A stretch of 64,000 nucleotides of DNA, taken from an uncultured Gemmatimonadales bacterium (GTDB taxonomy: Bacteria; Gemmatimonadota; Gemmatimonadetes; Longimicrobiales; RSA9). This document shows, one piece after another, positions 57,742 through 64,000 of the stretch (the stretch's first letter is position 1; every line of letters begins with the position of its first letter). The notes under the pieces were generated by a model that was given only the letters and a program-made list of their open reading frames with translations, was not told the origin of the DNA and did not search any database. The position numbers and the translations under genes were made by a program. The DNA is taken from contig CAWAMW010000007.1 in NCBI GenBank assembly GCA_963783305.1, positions 160,001 to 224,000 of the forward strand. The letters run 5' to 3'.

Positions 57742-59229
57742 ATGCTGAAACGCGTGCTCGTCGCGAACCGGGGCGAGATCGCGCTTCGTGTGATCCGGGC
57801 GTGTGAGGAGCTGGGGATCGAGAGCGTGGCGGTGTATTCGGAGGCGGACTATCGGTCCGCGCACGTTCTGGCGGCGGACCGGGCGGTGCTGCTCGGCCCG
57901 GCACCGGCGGCCGAGAGCTACCTGCGGATCGACCGGCTCGTGGACGTGGCGCGGGAGATGGAGTGCGATGCGGTCCATCCGGGGTACGGGTTCCTCGCGG
58001 AGCGCGCGCCATTCGCTCGGGCCGTGGAGGAGGCGGGGCTGATCTTCATCGGGCCACCCCCGACCGCCATCGAAGCGATGGGCGACAAGACGCGCGCGCG
58101 CCAGGCGATGATTGCCGCGGGAGTCCCCGTGGTCCCCGGGACGGCCGAGGCGTTGGCGGATGGCGCCGAGGCGGAGCGGGCCGCGGCGGAGGTGGGGTAT
58201 CCGGTCATGCTGAAGGCCTCGGCCGGCGGGGGCGGGAAGGGGATGCGGGTCGTGCGTGAGCCGAAGGACCTGGTGGCATCGTTCGAGGCCGCGTCCCGCG
58301 AGGCCACGGCGGCGTTCGGGGATGGCAGAGTGTACGTCGAGCGCTTTCTGGACGGGCCGCGGCACATCGAGATCCAGGTGCTCGCCGACGCGCACGGAAC
58401 GGTGCTCCATCTCGGGGAGCGGGAGTGCTCCATCCAGCGGCGTCACCAGAAGCTGATCGAGGAAGCGCCTTCTCCGGTGGTCACCCCGGAGCTCCGGCGC
58501 CAGATGGGTGAGGCAGCGGTGGCCGCGGCCCGCGCGGTCGACTACCGTAGCGCCGGCACGGTGGAGTTCCTCTTCCAGGATGGCGAGTTCTTCTTCCTGG
58601 AGATGAATACGCGGATCCAGGTGGAGCACCCGGTGACGGAGCTGGTCACGGGCGTGGACCTTGTGCAGTGGCAGCTGAGGGTGGCGGGGGGGACGCCGCT
58701 CAGTTTCAGACAGGACGACGTCCGCTGGTCAGGGCATGCCATCGAGTGCCGCATAACCGCGGAGGACCCCACCAGCGGGTTCCTCCCGTCCAGCGGCCGG
58801 GTCGAGCTGCTGCGTGTGCCCGCGGGTCCGGGGGTCCGCTGGGATGCCGGGATCCAGGAGGGCGACGACATTTCGCTCCACTACGACCCCATGCTCGCCA
58901 AGCTCGTGGTACACGGACCCACACGCGATCAGGCGATCGAGCGAATGCTCCGCGCACTGGGCGAGCTCCGGATCGTGGGGGTGGAGACCAGCGCGCCCTT
59001 CCTCCGCCGCGTCCTCGACGAGGCGGACTTCCGGGCGGGTCGGATCGATATCCGCTACCTCGAGCTCCACGAGGAGTTGCTCGATCCGGAGCCGGAGGAG
59101 GAATCGCTTCGGGCGGTGGCCGTGGCGGCCGCGCTGCTGGCGGAGGAATCCCGGGAGCGGCGGTCTCTCCGGCGCATCGGCGAAGACGGCCCGGGGACGT
59201 CACGCTGGCGCGACATGGGGTGGCGCTGA
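57742..59229 (+). CDS. accC: Biotin carboxylase subunit
   Basis: ANRGEIA, HPGYGFLAE, KASAGGGGKGMR, RECSIQRRHQK, EMNTRIQVEHPVTE; no BCCP domain. Confidence 0.92.
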   Translation: MLKRVLVANRGEIALRVIRACEELGIESVAVYSEADYRSAHVLAADRAVLLGPAPAAESYLRIDRLVDVAREMECDAVHPGYGFLAERAPFARAVEEAGLIFIGPPPTAIEAMGDKTRARQAMIAAGVPVVPGTAEALADGAEAERAAAEVGYPVMLKASAGGGGKGMRVVREPKDLVASFEAASREATAAFGDGRVYVERFLDGPRHIEIQVLADAHGTVLHLGERECSIQRRHQKLIEEAPSPVVTPELRRQMGEAAVAAARAVDYRSAGTVEFLFQDGEFFFLEMNTRIQVEHPVTELVTGVDLVQWQLRVAGGTPLSFRQDDVRWSGHAIECRITAEDPTSGFLPSSGRVELLRVPAGPGVRWDAGIQEGDDISLHYDPMLAKLVVHGPTRDQAIERMLRALGELRIVGVETSAPFLRRVLDEADFRAGRIDIRYLELHEELLDPEPEEESLRAVAVAAALLAEESRERRSLRRIGEDGPGTSRWRDMGWR

Positions 59230-59256
59230 AACGGCGGCCGGGCGGCCGAGACGCGC

Positions 59257-59285
59257 TTGCCTTTTGGGGCGGGCGTTTCTAACAT
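59257..59285 (+). promoter_or_regulatory. Putative sigma70 promoter of the ATPase-REC/Hpt operon
   Basis: TTGCCT-17 nt-TAACAT. Confidence 0.5.
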
Positions 59286-59387
59286 TGAACTCCGCTTCTC
59301 TCCCTGGGTCCGACCGAATGATCACGCGCCCGCCTCGGCTGGGTGGAACGGCACTGGCCGGCTTCTTCTTACCGCAAGAAACCGCAC

Positions 59388-61790
59388 GTGGCAAAGATGC
59401 TTCAGAAAAAGCACTGGCTCGTCCACGTGCTTCGAAGGGCGGGTATCCCGGGGGCCGATGAGCTGGCCATTGATCCGGGCATGCCGCCGGCCGAGGCATG
59501 GATGCGAGCCTGTGATGCCACGGCAATCTCGCCGGATACGCTGGCCGGTCACGTCGCGGATTACTTTCGTCTGAAGGTCGCGGTCCTGGAAGCCGCGGAG
59601 CCGACCGCTGCCAAGCTCGTCCCCGAGAAGATCGCCCGGCAGTACTCCATCTTCCCGTTCAAGGAGAACGAGCGCCACCTCACCGTGGCGACGAGCGATC
59701 CGACGAACTTCGCCGCCGAGCAGGCGCTGGGGTTCATTTCCGGACGGAAGGCGATTTTCGAGGTGGCGCCGCCCCCCATGATCCTGGACGCCATCAATGG
59801 CAGCTACAGCGCGGACGGCGTGATCGAGTCTCTGCTGAGCCGCGTGGACGAGGCGATTGCCGATTCGGTGTCCGTGGTCAAGGACCATGATTCCAGGGAC
59901 GTGAGCGAGGCGGAGGCGGAGTCCGCGCCGGTCATCAAGCTCACGAACCTGATCCTCCGGGACGCGGCCATCAACGGCGCCAGCAATGTCCACATCGAGC
60001 CGGGCGCCAGCGGCGGCACGGTCCGATTTCGGATCGACGGCGTGCTGCGCAACTACATGCAGCTGCCGCTCCCGGCGCTGATCCGGGTGGTGTCGCGGAT
60101 CAAGATCATGGGCAATCTGGACATCGCGGATCGATGGCGGCCGCAGGACGGCCGTACGCGGGTGATGGTCGAGGGTCGCCCGCACGACATCCGCATCTCC
60201 ACGGTCCCCACCCGGGAGGCCGAGAAGGTGGTGCTGCGGATCCTGAAGGGCGGCCAGGCGGCCAAGCTGAGCGAGATCGGGCTCCCGTCGTGGGAGTTGG
60301 GGCGGCTGCGGCAGTTGCTCTCGAACCGGGACGGAATCGTCTGCGTGACCGGCCCGACGGGCTCCGGCAAGACGACCACACTCTACGCCGCGATCCGGGA
60401 GCTGGCCACGGGCGAGGTCAACATCATGACTGTGGAAGACCCGGTCGAGTACGAGCTGCCGGGTATCACGCAGATCCAGGTGCAGCCGAAGCGGGGTGTG
60501 ACGTTCGCCAGCGCGCTCCGTGCCATCCTCCGGCAGGACCCGGATGTGATTCTCGTGGGTGAGATCCGGGACAGGGAGACGGCCGAGGTGGCCGTACAGG
60601 CCGCGATGACCGGTCACCTCGTCCTGGCCACGCTGCATACCAATGACGCCGTGAGCGTGATCGCCCGGCTCCTCGACATCGGTCTCGACCACGCCTCCAT
60701 CGCCGCCACTCTTCGAGGCGCCCTCGCTCAGCGCCTCGTCCGGAAGGTCTGCGACGAGTGCGGCGAGCCGATCCGCGGGGTCATGACGGCCGACGAGGTC
60801 CGGCTGGCTCGCCTGTACAACATCCGCCCCCCGATCCGAAGCGTAGGCTGCCGTCGCTGCGCGGAAACCGGATATCGAGGGCGGATGCCGGTGCAGGAGG
60901 TGTTCGTCGTGAACAACGCCATCGCCGACATGGTCACGGGCGGCGCCACGTACTCCGAGCTCTATGCCGCCGCCCTGGCTTCGGGCATGCGCCCGCTGCA
61001 GCAGGTGGGTATCGACCGGGTCCGCAGCGGCGAGACCACGCTCGAGGAGCTCGAGCGCGTGCTCGGTCTCGACGCGGACGAGGCTGCGGATGCCGAAGCC
61101 GCTGCGAAAGGGCGCTCTGAAGCGGCGGACAGCGCCGCCGCGCCCACCGATCCTCCGTCAGACACGTCCGATCCGGAGCTGGAGACGCGGGAGTCGCCGG
61201 TGGAAGCGGTCGACGGCCCGGAGCCCGCGCTCGTTGGCCCGGAGCCCGCGCTCGTTGACCCGGAGCCCGCGCTCGTTGACCCGGAGCCCGCGCCCGTTGA
61301 CCCGGAGCCCGCGCCCGACGTCGACGGTGGTGCCGCGGCTTCGGTGGAGGTGGGGGCGGTCGCCTCCGGCACGCCCGATCCGGGCACGGGGGTCCGGCCC
61401 GGCGATTCGGACCTCCCGATCCTGGTGGTGGACGACGATCCGGAGGACCGGCTGCTGGTCCGGACGATCCTGCAGAAGCAGGGCTTCCGGGTGAAGGAGG
61501 CACGGAACGGGGAGCAGGCGCTGGAGCGGATCGGGGCGGGGGATGCCCACGCCATGGTCATCCTCGACCTGGAGCTGCCGACAATGGGCGGGCGAGAGGT
61601 CCTTTCCGCTCTGCGCTCGTCCGCCGCAACCATGGCGCTCCCGGTCATCGTCCTCACGGGGTCTCCCGATCCGGAGGACGAGTACCGGGTGATGGAGGAG
61701 GGGGCGGATGACTACCTACGGAAGCCACTGGATGCGCCCCGGTTCGTGGCTCGGGTGAAGGCGGCGCTCCGCCGGGCGAGGATGGCGTAA
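59388..61790 (+). CDS. GspE/PilB-family secretion/pilus ATPase fused to a C-terminal response-regulator receiver
   Basis: PQDGR, GPTGSGKTTT, TVEDPVE, LRQDPDVILVGEIRD, GHLVLATLH, CDEC/CRRC, GYRGR; REC with VDDD, ILD, LT, KP; start at 59388 or 59397. Confidence 0.9.
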   Translation: MAKMLQKKHWLVHVLRRAGIPGADELAIDPGMPPAEAWMRACDATAISPDTLAGHVADYFRLKVAVLEAAEPTAAKLVPEKIARQYSIFPFKENERHLTVATSDPTNFAAEQALGFISGRKAIFEVAPPPMILDAINGSYSADGVIESLLSRVDEAIADSVSVVKDHDSRDVSEAEAESAPVIKLTNLILRDAAINGASNVHIEPGASGGTVRFRIDGVLRNYMQLPLPALIRVVSRIKIMGNLDIADRWRPQDGRTRVMVEGRPHDIRISTVPTREAEKVVLRILKGGQAAKLSEIGLPSWELGRLRQLLSNRDGIVCVTGPTGSGKTTTLYAAIRELATGEVNIMTVEDPVEYELPGITQIQVQPKRGVTFASALRAILRQDPDVILVGEIRDRETAEVAVQAAMTGHLVLATLHTNDAVSVIARLLDIGLDHASIAATLRGALAQRLVRKVCDECGEPIRGVMTADEVRLARLYNIRPPIRSVGCRRCAETGYRGRMPVQEVFVVNNAIADMVTGGATYSELYAAALASGMRPLQQVGIDRVRSGETTLEELERVLGLDADEAADAEAAAKGRSEAADSAAAPTDPPSDTSDPELETRESPVEAVDGPEPALVGPEPALVDPEPALVDPEPAPVDPEPAPDVDGGAAASVEVGAVASGTPDPGTGVRPGDSDLPILVVDDDPEDRLLVRTILQKQGFRVKEARNGEQALERIGAGDAHAMVILDLELPTMGGREVLSALRSSAATMALPVIVLTGSPDPEDEYRVMEEGADDYLRKPLDAPRFVARVKAALRRARMA
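61218..61316 (+). repeat. About 4.7 x 21-bp tandem repeat (PEPALVD) in the ATPase-REC linker
   Basis: CCGGAGCCCGCGCYCGTTGRC units at 61218, 61239, 61260, 61281 and a partial unit at 61302. Confidence 0.92.
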
Positions 61791-62164
61791 TGACCGAGGA
61801 CGCGAGGGATTCGCTGGAGCCGGCGGCGCTGGATCGTCTCTTTCGCATCGGCGGCCAGGAGTTCGTCATCGAGATGATCGAGCTGTTCCTGGAGCATGCG
61901 CCCCAGCGGGTGGAGGCCGCGGGCACCGGGTTCGCCGAAGGTGACATGAGCACGGTCTACCGGGCGGCGCACTCGCTGAAGTCCACCGCCGCGAACCTGG
62001 GGGCCAGGTCGCTCCAGGATGTGGCCGCGCGGCTGGAAGAGCGGGCGGCCGCGAAGGAGGTGGAGGGAATGGCTTCGCTTCTGGACGAACTGAAACGCAG
62101 CTATCAGCGGCTCCGTCCGGAGCTCGAGATGGAGCGGGATCGTCGAAAGGGCGCGGGCGCGTGA
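61790..62164 (+). CDS. Stand-alone Hpt (histidine phosphotransfer) protein
   Basis: RAAHSLKSTAANLGA Hpt signature; TAATG overlap with the ATPase gene. Confidence 0.88.
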   Translation: MTEDARDSLEPAALDRLFRIGGQEFVIEMIELFLEHAPQRVEAAGTGFAEGDMSTVYRAAHSLKSTAANLGARSLQDVAARLEERAAAKEVEGMASLLDELKRSYQRLRPELEMERDRRKGAGA

Positions 62165-62186
62165 GATCGAACCGAGGAGCACGAGA

Positions 62187-62753
62187 TTGAACCAGACCGA
62201 CAACAACCCGCCGAGGCGGCTCCGGATCTTCCTCCGGGATCACCGGCTCCTGGACGGCAGCGCACGGGTGCCTCGCGGTCAGTTCCTGTCCACGTACCTC
62301 GCGAGCCGCACCAGGTACGTGAACCTCACGAAGTCGGAGTGGGTGGGGATCGGCGAGCAGGTGGGACACCTGGCCCTGAAGGTCGACAAGATCCTCTGGG
62401 CGGCCTCGGAGGACGGAGAGCTTCCGCTCACGGGCGCCCTCGTCTCCAGCACCGCGCGCCGGGTCGAGGTGGAGCTGGAGGGCGGCTATCTGGTTTCCGC
62501 CGGTCTCCTGCTGGTCCAGGACCAGCGCCTGAGCGACTACCTCCAGTCTGCCCCGCCTTTCGTGCCGCTCCGGAATGCGGAGCTGCGGCCCCGGGGGAAG
62601 AAGCTGGGGGATGTGGTCGTGAACCAGGAGGCCATTCAGGTCGTGCGCGAGATCGCCGGCGAAGCGCCCGACGCGATGCACACCCCGCTGGATGCCGAAG
62701 ACGAGACGCTGAAGGCCGAGGATACGGCCGAGTCCGCCCACCGAGAGGACTAG
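62187..62753 (+). CDS. Hypothetical protein with two tandem copies of a small beta-rich domain
   Basis: GAGGAG SD, TTG start; two aligned halves (..Q(F/R)LS.YL.S...(Y/F)V.L..). Confidence 0.75.
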   Translation: MNQTDNNPPRRLRIFLRDHRLLDGSARVPRGQFLSTYLASRTRYVNLTKSEWVGIGEQVGHLALKVDKILWAASEDGELPLTGALVSSTARRVEVELEGGYLVSAGLLLVQDQRLSDYLQSAPPFVPLRNAELRPRGKKLGDVVVNQEAIQVVREIAGEAPDAMHTPLDAEDETLKAEDTAESAHRED

Positions 62754-62791
62754 TCGGGGGGGCGACCGGTCCCGGGGACCTCCACTTGAAG

Positions 62792-62826
62792 GCCCGTTCG
62801 TCCTTTCAACCCGGGGACGGACGGGC
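62792..62826 (+). terminator. Hairpin closing the ATPase-REC operon
   Basis: GCCCGTTCGTCC...GGACGGACGGGC followed by TATCTTTT. Confidence 0.55.
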
Positions 62827-62841
62827 TATCTTTTCGCGCCG

Positions 62842-64000
62842 ATGACTATGAACGTGGAGATTACCGGAATCGCGGGCGGCGGCGCTGGCGTGGGGCGGCT
62901 GCCCGACGGCAGAGTCACGTTCGTGCATCGCACCGCTCCGGGGGACGAAGTGGAGGTCCGCGTGGTCGAGGAACGCGGCCGCTGGACCCGTTCCGAGCTC
63001 GTCGCGATCCGGCGGAAGGCGCCGGGAAGGCGGGAGGCCCCGTGCCCCCATTATGATCGGTGCGGCGGGTGCACCCTGGAGCACCTCGAGTACGAGGCAC
63101 AGCTGGAGGCGAAATCCCGCATCGTGGCGGACGCGCTCCAGCGGATCGGCAGGATCGAGATCGACCTCCCGGAAATAACGCCCTCGCCCGACGAGTTCCG
63201 CTACCGCAACCGAGTGAGCTTCACGCTCCGGCGGACCGTAAGTGGTGTGGTGGCGGGGTTCCATGCCCTCGAGGACCCCGACACCATCGTGGACATCACG
63301 GCGGCCTGTCTGCTGCCCGAGCCGGCCGTGGCGGATGTGTGGGGGCGCCTGCGGAGCGAGTGGGGGCGGGACGCGCGGCGGCTGCCCTCGGGTGAGGAGC
63401 TGCGACTGACGCTGCGAGGCAGCGATTCCGGTGCGGTTACCCTGACCGTGGACGGGGGCTATGCGCCCGGTCGACCGGACGAGCTGCTGGAGGCGGTGGA
63501 CGGGCTGGTGGCCATATGGCAGCGCCCGCCGTCGGCGAAGCGCTACAGGCACCTGGCCGGGGATGAGGCGCTGCTGGACCGGTGGGATGAGGACGAGCTC
63601 GAGCTGAGCGGCGATGTCTTCACCCAGGTCAACCGCAAGGCGGCGGGGGCCCTGCAGTCGTACGTGCTGGAGCTGGTGGGGCGCGGCAGCCCGGCGCACG
63701 TGCTGGACGCGTACTGCGGTGTGGGGCTGTACGCGCGACGGCTGGAGCGAGAAGGTGTGAAGGTTACCGGAATCGAGGCGCATCCCGCGGCCGTCCGGGA
63801 GGCGGAGCGGGCGGCCCCCGCGGCCCGTTTCCTCGAGGGACGGGTGGAGGAGCTGCTTGCGGAGGGGCTGCCCGCAGATACCGCCATCCTGAATCCGCCC
63901 CGGGCGGGGCTTGCGGCCGGCGCCACGGAGGCGCTGGCGACGGCCCCTCCAGCGCGCGTCGTCTACGTGAGCTGTGACCCGGCCACACTCGCACGGGACC
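62842..64000 (+). CDS. rlmD: TRAM-domain RNA (uracil-5)-methyltransferase, RlmD-like, truncated by the window end
   Basis: Read by hand (absent from ORF track): MTMNVEITGIAGGGAGVGRL..APGD, CPHYDRCGGC, FTQVN, DAYCGVG, NPPRAG, YVSCDPATLARD. Confidence 0.85.
   Translation, partial: MTMNVEITGIAGGGAGVGRLPDGRVTFVHRTAPGDEVEVRVVEERGRWTRSELVAIRRKAPGRREAPCPHYDRCGGCTLEHLEYEAQLEAKSRIVADALQRIGRIEIDLPEITPSPDEFRYRNRVSFTLRRTVSGVVAGFHALEDPDTIVDITAACLLPEPAVADVWGRLRSEWGRDARRLPSGEELRLTLRGSDSGAVTLTVDGGYAPGRPDELLEAVDGLVAIWQRPPSAKRYRHLAGDEALLDRWDEDELELSGDVFTQVNRKAAGALQSYVLELVGRGSPAHVLDAYCGVGLYARRLEREGVKVTGIEAHPAAVREAERAAPAARFLEGRVEELLAEGLPADTAILNPPRAGLAAGATEALATAPPARVVYVSCDPATLARD

Noticed and set aside
59344..59358. 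sigma54-like site before the ATPase-REC gene
   Set aside because: Only the GG-N10-GC spacing, with no TTGC. Expected by chance at this GC content.

Overview
High-GC bacterial chromosome segment, mostly + strand housekeeping genes. Gene content and order suggest a diderm organism, most likely Gemmatimonadota (inference, not verified). In order: end of an RND efflux locus (PII-like and DUF2892 genes), metallophosphoesterase, PAS hybrid kinase plus HD-GYP regulator, secDF-tatD-mutL-miaA-bshA-uppP-birA-coaX, CIRCE-groESL, degenerate HD-GYP regulator, glgP, MBL-rhodanese, thrS, infC-rpmI-rplT-pheST, zapB-like/zapA-rny-folD-xseAB-ispA-dxs-nadK-recN, tRNA-Gly/Cys, greA, a sigma54-type OM beta-barrel gene, fba-rpiA-rpe-tRNA-Leu, a PDZ protein, rnz-aroA-cmk-rpsA, an LpoA-like lipoprotein, pccB-accC, a GspE/PilB ATPase-receiver fusion with an Hpt gene and a duplicated-domain gene, and a truncated rlmD-like gene. 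No transposase, integrase, phage gene or CRISPR array was seen. Best leads: (1) a leaderless Thr-rich leader peptide with a complete 1:2/2:3/3:4 attenuator upstream of thrS; (2) an apparent phosphorelay ending directly on a pilus/secretion motor ATPase; (3) an unassigned ~165-nt structured RNA ahead of tRNA-Gly; (4) a dispersed REP-like repeat family built from GNA mini-hairpins.
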